The translations under genes were made by a program, and so were the position numbers. Shown piece after piece: positions 1-10,559 of a stretch of DNA of 64,000 nucleotides. The notes under the pieces were generated by a model. That model had not been told where the DNA came from. It was given only the letters and a program-made list of their open reading frames with translations, and searched no databases. The DNA is from Eledone cirrhosa. Taxonomy: Eukaryota. The DNA is taken from NCBI GenBank assembly GCA_964016885.1, contig OZ024743.1:300452001-300516000 (forward strand). Reading direction: 5' to 3'. Within the stretch, counting starts at the first letter, position 1. Each line of letters opens with the position of its first letter.

Positions 1-40
1 TGCTGCCCCGTGAGACACCACTTCGATTCACACACAAAAA

Positions 41-200
41 GATGTCTCACATAATGGTTAAGTAGTTCGACTAACAATCGTAAGACCGTGGGTTCAATTC
101 CAAGTGACGCGTTTTGACTTGAGCTAGGCAAATAATTTCCCGTTCAAGTTTTCCCCAAAATTCTTAAGTCGATGAGATGATCCCAGTCTGTCACACGTTT
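41..200 (+). mobile_element. Degenerate tRNA-derived SINE head
   Basis: A-box-like ataatggttaag and B-box ggttcaattcc (~91-101), then cttgagctaggca. Resembles the reverse-oriented copy at ~19995-20120. Confidence 0.55.
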
Positions 201-534
201 AATCCCTTTTAGAAATGACAAATTCTGGCAGTGTACACCTCAGCTTATCAGTTAAAGCATGCACCTGGCATATAGTAGGTTTGATTTGTCGCAGACGGCT
301 ATATGCATTCATTCTGTTTAGATTCAGGCTGCAACATTTTTCAAATATTAATAGTGATCGAGTATTATTAGTATAGTTACATATGTTCTGGTAACCAAAT
401 GTATATTTACACACACGAAGAAATGGAGGCGGGCTAGGACTTAATAACTGATGCAGATTCTTATCCAGTTGGTATTTCCAGCGTCCACATATCTACATAA
501 CATATAAGTGTTTTTTTTATTTGCGTTTTAACAC

Positions 535-565
<31 letters not shown>

Positions 566-867
566 AAAGAATAGAGGTGTAACACACAAGTTATTATATA
601 TTGGTAAACGGAATAGAAAATGCTAACAAATTGTTCACAGTGAAAAATAGTTTAATTAGGAATAAGTGAGAATTAATAATTGTATTGGTTAGTATTCAGT
701 TTTGGTTTTAAGTTTTACCGGTTGCGCATTTCTAATGCTTTTCAAAAATAATTTTGAGATAGAGCGTCCGTGATGTTTGCTCTGATCTGATTAGTTTTGG
801 GAATTCTACCTCTTTTTATGTGAAAAATGTGGGTCCAGTGGTATTAAAATAAGTTTTGCGCCAATCA

Positions 868-975
868 TCCCAACTTCAGAATCTTTCCCCTCTACAAATT
901 AAAAGATAATGCCACACCCAGCGCATCAGCAAGGAATCTTACTTTATTAACAAATACGGACCCCGTCTAAACACT
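868..975 (+). pseudogene. Penelope-like GIY-YIG endonuclease C-terminal relic (frameshifted)
   Basis: Manual translation PNFRIFPLYKLKDNAT / RISKESYFINKYGPRLN resembles the R-x3-E...P-x-LN tail of PLE GIY-YIG domains. Confidence 0.55.
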
Positions 976-1189
976 TCTCCCTAAGACGAACCCACAATAT
1001 ACACACGTCAACATACATACCTACATCAGCAGACATCTCTACCCACATATAAACACAATGACATACGTAAACACACATGTTCTATGGTGCAACACTAATA
1101 TACACAAATTTGCATACCTTTTGATGTCTATAGATATAAACGTGCCGACACACACACATACATAAACGCACACATGCATTGCACAGTGA

Positions 1190-1592
1190 TGGGCACATAC
1201 ATTTTTGTGCACAGGTATTCCAATACGGCAAAGCCTAATGAATTCCCCTTGCAGTACGTACAATCTGGACATACTCCAAATACATATTTGTACACAGGTA
1301 TACAATTTATGGACACACTCCAGATACATGTGTACAATTTGTGCACAAGTGTACAATTTGTGCACAAGTGTACAATTTGTGCACAGGTATACAATTTCTG
1401 GACACACTCCAGATACATATTTGTGCCCAGGTATTCCAACACGGCAAGGCCTTACAATCTGGACACACTTCAGATACATATTTGTGCACAGGTATACAAT
1501 TTCTGGACACACTCCAGATATATATTTGTGCACAGGTATTCCAATACGGCAAGGCCTAAGGGATCCCCCTTTCAGTACGTACAATCTGGACA
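1190..1592. repeat. Compound minisatellite
   Basis: Interleaved modules acatatttgtgcacaggtat, acaatttctggacacactccagat and tccaatacggcaaggcct, plus a 19-bp tgtacaatttgtgcacaag subrepeat. Explains ORFs 1039-1783. Confidence 0.9.
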
Positions 1593-2420
1593 CACACACA
1601 CACTCACACACACCTTGGTATTATGCCAAGACTATATATCATTTCACACCTTTTATTATTAAGATTTTTCATGTTCTATTGAGAGAATCGATTTTACTGA
1701 AAATATCGAATAATGTACACCATTTTACCAGGAAAAAATACTGGTCCACCCACACACACACACACACACACTTCTCCGTATAAGACAAGAGCTGAAAAAT
1801 ATCTGTTAACATGTTAACATATCCCTCACTCACTTACAGACACATTCCTACTGACCATCCCTCTACCACGAATTACTCTACTACTACTACTACTACACAC
1901 ACACACACACACACACTTGTCTTAATAGGCATTTGAACTGTCAACATGCTGCGGGTCGCACACCCATCCCTGCTGACCATTATCACAACAACGAACAATT
2001 TACTACTACGACACACACACACACATATTTGTTGTGAAAGAGTCATTTCTCAGTCAGCCGACACAAACCTACATTTGGCGTAAAATCATTTTTATACATT
2101 CACATGACCTCTACCGACCAATCAAAATTGTTTAGACCACAAGAATTTTTGCAACACGAATTGGCGCAAAACTTATTTTAATACCGCTGGAGCCACTTTT
2201 TTAATATAAAAACAGGTACGATGCCCAAAACTAATCAGATCAGAGCAAACATCACAGACGCTCTATCTCAAAATTATTTTTGAAAAGCATTAGAAATGCG
2301 CAACCGGTAAAACTTAAAACCAAAACTGAATACTAACCAATACAATTACTAATTCTCACTTATTCCTAATTAAACTATTTTTCACTGTGAACAATTTGTC
2401 AGCATTTTCTATTCCGTTTA

Positions 2421-2482
<62 letters not shown>

Positions 2483-2487
<5 letters not shown>

Positions 2488-3200
2488 ATACTTGGGGAGG
2501 GTCATATTTGTGTAATATTGCCAGAATTAATAACAGAACACACACACTGTTTGGTTGGTTTTCGCTTTTCGCTTCTGTGTCTTTTACATCGGTAACCTAA
2601 TTTACTCGGTCGTTGACTGACCGACGGTCAAAAACAATACCGATACAATATGGACACAAACACATATATATAGTTTATCATAAATCTTTCGTTGCACATC
2701 TGCAACATCGTCAGTGGTGCTATCTTTTCCTCCCGTTGTATTGTATGTCTACGCCATTTTTATTCAGTCTGTCTATATATTTATTTATTTATTTGCTTGT
2801 TTGTTTATCGTATTTTGTCTTCTTTGCGCATACGTTTGCGTGTGTGTATAGTGTTTTGTTTGATGTGTGATGTGTGTTCATGATTGGGTGATTAGTGTGT
2901 GTTTATGTGCTTGTGTATGTATTTACTTATATATTTATTTATTTATTTATTTATTTATTTATTTTATTTTATTTACTTATGTATACTTCTCTTAGGTCAG
3001 TGTTGTTTGTTTGGGTGTTGTTGTTAATCCTATTCATTCTTTCTGTTTAGTCTTGGTCTTCTAAGTTCTAGTTCACTGGCCTCTCTGATTTGCCTATCTG
3101 CTGGGTCATTTCTATGTTTAGATATTATTCTAATTTCTATGTTGTCTATGTTACCGTCATGTTGTTGTCTGACATGTTCGTATATTACTGACCCGTTACA
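2483..3200 (-). mobile_element. Penelope-like element 3' fragment (GIY-YIG tail + 3' UTR), same family as 38870-41320
   Basis: ORF 3030-3413 ends YEHVRQQHDGNIDNIEIRIISKHRNDPADRQIREASELELRRPRLNRKNE. DNA is the reverse complement of ~40555-41260. Confidence 0.9.
2677..2718 (-). ncRNA. Minimal type I hammerhead motif in PLE 3' UTR
   Basis: Minus strand reads ACCA CTGACGA T GTTGCA-GATG-TGCAAC GAAA GATT TA TGAT. Confidence 0.6.
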
Positions 3201-3213
3201 TATATATGTATGA

Positions 3214-3277
<64 letters not shown>

Positions 3278-3651
3278 TATATAAATACATATATATATAT
3301 ATATATATATATATTACTGACCCGTTATACATATATATATATATATGTATGACTGTATATATATATATATATAGAGAGAGACGGAACAAATAAAACGAAA
3401 TGCTATTTCTCACTCTTAGTACGGCTATTACTTAAATATAAGTATGTATACGTAAGTACATACATGTATACAGACGTACAGTACTATGTATATATATACA
3501 CATACATGCACACATATATGTATGTAAGTATGGATTCACCGAACATTTATTATAATGCTCGGGCTCGGTGTGTTTGTAAACAAACATCACGAATTAAGCC
3601 GTACAGTGTCTAGCAACCATCGTTGCCCATTTTTTCAACACTGACAAAGGA

Positions 3652-3693
3652 ACGCTTACTAATTTCAAAATTATTAGCTATCGTCAGCAACGT
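3652..3693 (-). ncRNA. Type I hammerhead motif (repeat copy A, degenerate)
   Basis: Minus strand ACGTTG CTGACGA T AGCT AATA ATTT T GAAA TTAG TA AGCGT. Confidence 0.6.
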
Positions 3694-4188
3694 ATAATTT
3701 CCTGCCAGATGATTGAACGTCTGAAAGTATATACTTTCCTTATGCTGAGCAGCATAATTTGCATATCGAGTGAGTTAATCGGCCGGGGGCACCGGAAACG
3801 ATAGTCGGAAAAGATGAAACGAAATTTCATTTCTCACTCTTAGTACGACTGTTACTTAAATATAAGTATGAATACGTACATGCATATATGTATACAGACA
3901 TTCGGTGAATCCATACGTACATATATATATGTGTGCATGTATGTATATATATAGATACATAATACTGTACGTCTGTATACATATATGTATGTACGTATAC
4001 ATACTTGTATTTTAAGTAACAGCCGTACTAAGAGTGAGAAATGAAATTTCGTTTCCTTTTTTCCGTTTATCGTTTTCGGTGCGCCCGGCCGATTAACTCA
4101 CTCGATATGCAAATTAGGCTGCTCAGCCCTTAATATGCATAAGGGAAGTATATACTTTCAGACGTTCAATCATCTGGCTGGAAGGTAT

Positions 4189-4231
4189 ACGTTGCTGATG
4201 ATCGCTAATAAGCTTGAATCTAGTACAGCGT
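4189..4231 (+). ncRNA. Type I hammerhead motif (repeat copy B)
   Basis: ACGTTG CTGATGA T CGCT AATA AGCT T GAAT CTAG TA CAGCGT. Six-bp stem I; GAAA mutated to GAAT. Confidence 0.65.
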
Positions 4232-4440
4232 TCCTTTGTCAGTATTGAACAAATGAGCAACGAGGGTTGCTAAACACTGTACAGGCTTAATTCGGGATGT
4301 TTGTTTACGAACACACCGAGCATTATATTAAATGTTCGGTGAATCCATACGTACATATTACATATATATATATATGTATGTATGTATATATATACATACT
4401 ACCGTACGTCTGTATACATATATGTATGTACGTATACATA

Positions 4441-4639
<199 letters not shown>

Positions 4640-5270
4640 TATACATATGCATACATATGTATATATGCGTGTGTGTGTGTGTGTGTACGTGCCTGTGTGC
4701 GCACACCAACAGGCAGTAATTCAGGCAAAATTGTAAATGTATCTCTCATCTAAATATAGATGTGTGAATATAGATTAACGATCGCATGCGATTGTATGTG
4801 TGGAGGGATGTAGGGAGCCCACTTCTTCTTCACTTTCTCTATCTGCGTGTATTTTCATTTATACGTGAATTATTTGAAAGATGAAAAGAAGTGCAAACAT
4901 TGCCATATTTGATTAACCAATTGTACGTCTTACGTGTGTTTGCACTACACGAATTCACATGGCTTTATCCGTTTCATTCCTGGTCGCGTTAACAATAAGT
5001 AATAAAATCTTCTCTATTTATTGCCTTTGTACAAATCGCTGCAGTTAAATTCAATTGAAATCAATCAAATCATTTCTATTACTATTATGAATAGTGACTC
5101 ATCCCAGAACATCTTAGTAATATTTTGATACATGTGCAGACAAGAATGGTAATCATTAAATAGATTTAAATAAATATAAAAGAGACTAACATGTACACTT
5201 ACACATGCTTGTGTGTGCGTGTTTATGAATCTCGCCACCTCTCTCTCTCATCATCTCCTCCTCTGCCTCC

Positions 5271-5306
<36 letters not shown>

Positions 5307-6336
5307 TTAGTTATACTATTTATGGATATGTAAATACAAAAACCTTATGCAGTTATAAGTATTTTTTATACAAACCCTAAATAGTGGTAGGCAGTAATGT
5401 ATTACTACATTATTACCAGTAAGTTAAGTAGCTCAATGTAAAAACATCAGATGATTTACAGAGCAGTTATATGAAATATATAATTGTGGCACCTTACGAT
5501 GCTGGTTAATTCGCCATAATAATACGAACACCTTCAGCACAACTTAATTAAACTACTCTATAGTTAAAACACTTTATGCTTTAGAAATTTTTTGGAAGTT
5601 GCGCATAGCCATAGAAATTAGGATCTATATTGAGACACATTTCAATAGCTAGGTATAGAAACCCCGGAGTTACCTCCCCTCATGCATTAACTCCCCTTAT
5701 CCACACACACACTTCCGGGTGGTATTCAATGTCGTTTCTCGAAATGTAAGAGCCTCCTGTATTGAACTAAAGAACATCAGACTACGATTCTCTAACTGGA
5801 TTGTCAAACGCTCAATATCGAATTGTCGTGGATTATGTGAGAGGCATATAATCGAAAACTACACTCCCCTGACCATGAAAATATCGAAGTACATGAAATA
5901 CTTGTCATCCCTTCGCTGTGCATCTCCAATACTTTTAATATTTTTAATGCTTGCACTATTTTTAATGCTTATATCATTTCTCCACACACAGACTATATCA
6001 ATCATATAAAGAATTTTCCACCAGATCAACCAACCTAACACTCTTGTTTACGTACCTAAGCGCCTCTACTACACGTATCTCTCTGCCACACTACATAAAC
6101 AAGATGCACGTGCTTGCCACACATATAACATTTGCACTATATAACCGCTTATCTTCATGTTGTATTTTAACCTGTATTTTTTATTTTTTATTGTACCTTT
6201 TAATATGAATGTAATCTCGAAGTGTGTACTGCCACTCTAAATTCTGTAATGAATGTTGACCCACAATATTTGCATATGTATCGGTATGTCTCTTGGCTGA
6301 AAAGGAGGTCATATAACTGTCCATGCATTAATAAAT

Positions 6337-6383
6337 TGCTCCGAAGAATCCAAACCTCGGTTTGGAGGAAACAGCTGTAAGCA
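6337..6383 (+). ncRNA. Minimal type I hammerhead-like motif with CCGA core variant
   Basis: TGCT CCGAAGA A TCCAAAC-CTCG-GTTTGGA G GAAA CAGCTG TA AGCA. Stems I and II and the palindromic stem III all pair. Confidence 0.6.
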
Positions 6384-6414
6384 CAATAATGTTTTGAACA
6401 GTTCTTTGATTCTT

Positions 6415-6445
<31 letters not shown>

Positions 6446-6453
<8 letters not shown>

Positions 6454-6910
6454 TAAAATAACAGCTTAAAGTTTAAGCAAAGAATCGCTGCTTTCACCCT
6501 TAACGGGATCTTCTGAAACTAACAAAGTCAATCTGTAAACGCAGAAGTGGATATTTCAAAAAACGTTGCAACCGTAGGAAGACAGGAAGACGATACTTTG
6601 GTTCGCTGGCAAAGAACGGGAAAACACGAATATAATACGTCATTAATAGGAGCGGTGAAAAACAATTACGCGCAAATACAGAACCACGTTTATGGTATAA
6701 AAGAGGTCGTAGACTAATGTTCTATGAGGTGGTTGATAGAGACGTTCTCTGACAAAAACGAAGATAATACGTCAAATGTGGATCGTGGAGAACAATTGCA
6801 CGCAAACTTTACTCTGTTATTTTAATAAATATTTGCTCTACGCTTCTTATATATTTGATATATATATTTATCCTTATCGACCCCTCTTTGGATTTTAGTC
6901 TTCAAATTTA
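6446..6910. mobile_element. Non-autonomous repeat with inverted repeat plus asymmetric tail (family also at 60255-60540)
   Basis: 6446-6474 is the reverse complement of 6804-6832. The head (6451-6604) and ~80-bp tail are shared with 60255-60540. The head alone recurs at ~61191 and ~62644. Confidence 0.7.
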
Positions 6911-8169
6911 TTATTATTACTATATATATATATATATATATTATACACGAAAATGAATGACACAACACCAATCCTTGTTGAAGACCGGATTTACACTGCC
7001 TAAAGTAATGTCTGCAGACGAAGATCATTTCCTAGAATATATAAACATAATTTCACCACTTGGAACACAGACTTCTAATATCCTACCACTTCATAATATA
7101 TCACAAAAACGGTAATGAATTCCAGATTAGACACATTGTCTCTAGCAGTAAAGGAAACCCCAGACCCATGATTTCTAGGTTTCGCGGACATTTCATCAGC
7201 TCCGATGTTGTCATACTCAAGATAACCTTGGAACCATACTCTCTCTCATAATACTCAAATAACAATCAAATACTTTACAAAAAATCTATAATTTATAAAA
7301 TGAGAAGTAAATTATATATTTTGTTTGTTGTAAATACTGATTGCTAGCTATAACGGTAGGAACTTGTAATTAGCAACAACATTAGCAATGGTAGTGAAGA
7401 AAAAGTACCTCAACTGAGAATTCAAGCTGGATAATTAACGATACGCTTCTTTCTCTTATAGAATGTAGGTACCAACAAATGAAGAACTGGAGTAAATTCT
7501 GTTATTAGTAGAATATAATTTTGTTTGTTTAGTAGATATAATACTTGTCACAAGAAATGTTGCAGATTCACTAAATGAACTTCACAAAGCAACGACGACT
7601 ATAATTGCCGAGGTAGTGATGAAATATTGGTCAAACAAGCGGTCAAAAATATCCACGTGAGACCAGAACTGAGGATGCTGGGGGGGGGGGGGTATTATTA
7701 GGTATAATAATAACATTTTACCACGAGTTTCTGCATAAGTGTACACAAATTGTAAATGTTTAGAGATAAACAATAAACAGCAATAAATAATGTATCTAAT
7801 ACCGAGAGCTAAATCACGGGGGAAACAAACAATATAAATCTTTAACTAGTAATATTATGATTCTTTCCGCGAATGCTGAACGTAACAATGGAAATAGATA
7901 TGTTATATTATACTTTGTTTCAGTAATTATATACTCCAGGGGAAATAATCACTACGTAAATATACAAGAAAGTATATGTTTTGGTGTAGGCAATTTGAAA
8001 CATTCAGACAATAAACAGTTCGGCAAACTCCGATTGAGAAAAACAAACAACTTTTAGTTTATCAAAACGTAAGCAATTGAGACTCAAATTCAACGAACTT
8101 GCATCGTACTCCAAGATGTATATACATCTTCCTGTTTTCTGATAGAAACAGTATAATCTTTAATATAAG

Positions 8170-8292
8170 TCCACAGATAAACGGTAAAACTAGAAATGGA
8201 GTCTATGGGATAAAATGTACAGAGGGACAATGCAGTTACAAGACAAATACATACATAGGAGAAGCAACACGTAGTATAGGAGAGGTACTAAT
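8170..8292 (+). pseudogene. Penelope-like GIY-YIG fragment
   Basis: INGKTRNGVYGIKCTEGQCSYKTNTYIGEATRSIGE aligns with INCKTRNVVYSIRCTEGTYRNMTTTYIGETARSIGE in ORF 38870-40570. Confidence 0.8.
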
Positions 8293-8403
8293 GGAAGGAA
8301 CAGTGGTGATAACTTAAGTAGTACAAAAGATCATAAGTTAGTATTGACTAACATAGTAGTATGTATATATATATATATATATGTACATACATGCACACAT
8401 ATA

Positions 8404-8434
<31 letters not shown>

Positions 8435-8466
8435 GTATATGTATATACATATATATATATATATAT

Positions 8467-8537
8467 GATGTGTTGGTATAATGATAGCAGAGTGGTCTGG
8501 ATAACCAAAGATGTGGGTTCGACTCCCATGTACGTCA
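8467..8537 (+). pseudogene. tRNA-like sequence (pseudo-tRNA or SINE head)
   Basis: Acceptor-like gatgtgt/gtacgtc, A-box tggtataatgatagc, T-arm gtggg-ttcgact-cccat. The anticodon arm is imperfect. Confidence 0.5.
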
Positions 8538-8671
8538 ATACTCATCTTTTTTCCATTTATCTGATGGTTCTAAACCCCATTATGAGGCAAAACAATTATT
8601 TAGCCAAAAATACGGTGAAAGCTATTCTATTTTCTAATTTCAAACCTGCTCACTGTTTCAAAACATACTTA

Positions 8672-8777
<106 letters not shown>

Positions 8778-8780
8778 AAT

Positions 8781-8821
<41 letters not shown>

Positions 8822-9200
8822 ACACATAGGGTTTAAATATTGGGGATTGTTGTGTATGTAACAAAAATTGAAAATGGCTGCTACAATTCAAAATTATAAA
8901 ATAGGTTAGAGACGTTGAAATAGGGAGCGAGTTGTGGAATTGAGAAAATGAAGAGAGAATGACTATGTATGGGGCGGTGCAATTATAGTCGGTAAAAATA
9001 TTACATTTCTAGTTCATACATTCACTCCAGTCGTGCGGGACTGACGATACAATAATAAAGTATCTGTAAACATTTAGATTAAAAGATTAACATTTTCATA
9101 TTTTCTGCACAGACATCTTTATCCGAAAACAAATTCGAAAATTTAACCATTATTACACTGTAGGCGATCATCATATATCTTTGGTATTTAGTTCTATATG

Positions 9201-9313
<113 letters not shown>

Positions 9314-9514
9314 ATGTCTGTATGTGTGTGTGTGTGTGTGTGTACATGTCTGTATGTGTGTATGTGCGTGTGTGCGTGTGTGTATATATACACACATGTA
9401 TACATGTATGTATGTATGTATATACATACACATATATATATATATATACATGTGTGTGTGGTATATACATACATGCATACGCACACACTTGCACACACAC
9501 ACCCGCACACACAG

Positions 9515-9567
<53 letters not shown>

Positions 9568-9712
9568 CATTCACATATATATATATATATGTACGTATGG
9601 ATTCACCGAACATTTATCATAATGCTCGGATTATTTGTAAACAATCATCCCGAATTAAGCCGTACACTGTTTAGCAACCACCGTTGCCCTTTTTTTCAAC
9701 ACTGACAAAGGA

Positions 9713-9755
9713 ACGATGTACTAGTTCCAAGCTTATTAGCTATCGTCAGCACTGT
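9713..9755 (-). ncRNA. Type I hammerhead motif (repeat copy C)
   Basis: Minus strand ACAGTG CTGACGA T AGCT AATA AGCT T GGAA CTAG TA CATCGT (GAAA mutated to GGAA). Confidence 0.65.
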
Positions 9756-10068
9756 ATACCTTCCTGCCAGATGATTGAACGTCTGAAAGTATATACTTTC
9801 CTTATGCATATTAACCACTGAGCAGCCTAATTTGCATATCGAGCGAGCTAATGGGCCGGGCGCACCGAAACCGGTAAATGGAAAAAATGAAACGAAATTA
9901 AATTTCTCACTCTTAGTACGGCTGTTACTTAAATATAACTATGTATTTATCGTTTTCGATGCGCCCGGCCGATTAATTCACTCGATATGCAAATTAGGCT
10001 GCTCAGCCGTTAATATGCATTAGGAAAGTATATACTTTCAGACGTTCAATCATCTGGAAGGAAGGTAT

Positions 10069-10111
10069 ACAGTGCTGACGATAGCTTATAACCTTGAAAC
10101 TGGTACATTGT
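10069..10111 (+). ncRNA. Type I hammerhead motif (repeat copy D, intact core)
   Basis: ACAGTG CTGACGA T AGCT TATA ACCT T GAAA CTGG TA CATTGT. Confidence 0.7.
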
Positions 10112-10443
10112 TCCTTTGTCAGTGTTGAACAAAAGGGCCACGATAGTTGCTAAACACTGTATAGCTTAAATCTGGATGTTATTTTATAAAACAAACCGAG
10201 CCTTATAATAAATGTTCGGTGAATCCATACGTACATATATATATATGTGTGCATGTATGTATATATATACATACTACTGTACGTCTGTATACATATATGT
10301 ATGTACGTATAGATACTTATATTTAAGTAACAGCCGTACTAAGAGTGAGAAATGAAATTTTGTTTCATTTTTTCCATTTATATATATATATACATATATA
10401 TTTATATATATATGTGTGTGTATATACAATATTTATATATATG

Positions 10444-10476
<33 letters not shown>

Positions 10477-10524
10477 TTATATATATACATACGTACACAC
10501 ACACACACACACACACACATACAA

Positions 10525-10559
<35 letters not shown>

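Larger units (their letters stand above)
597..2427. mobile_element. Element bounded by ~270-bp inverted repeats (597-865 / 2160-2427)
   Basis: ttggtaaacggaatagaaaatgct...tagttttggg (601-801) is the reverse complement of 2224-2424. A more diverged extension pairs 802-865 with 2160-2223. The right end abuts (TA)n. Confidence 0.75.
9590..10380. mobile_element. Inverted array of the ~430-bp hammerhead repeat, locus 2
   Basis: Arms 9590-9940 and ~9945-10380 are inverted and homologous to 3384-4445, with a different junction phase. Confidence 0.8.

Noticed and set aside
1039-1783. Overlapping ORFs in several frames; superficially CRISPR-like repeats
   Set aside because: Stop-poor minisatellite with no unique spacers, in a eukaryotic context.
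4107-4114. Octamer ATGCAAAT in the hammerhead repeat
   Set aside because: A single 8-mer with no recognisable snRNA promoter context.
7060-7251. IYHKNGNEFQIRHIVSSSKG resembling a PLE RT HK...RPIVS motif
   Set aside because: Too short and diverged to support without a profile search.
9038-9080. CTGACGA followed by a short stem
   Set aside because: No GAAA or stem I/III, so not a hammerhead.
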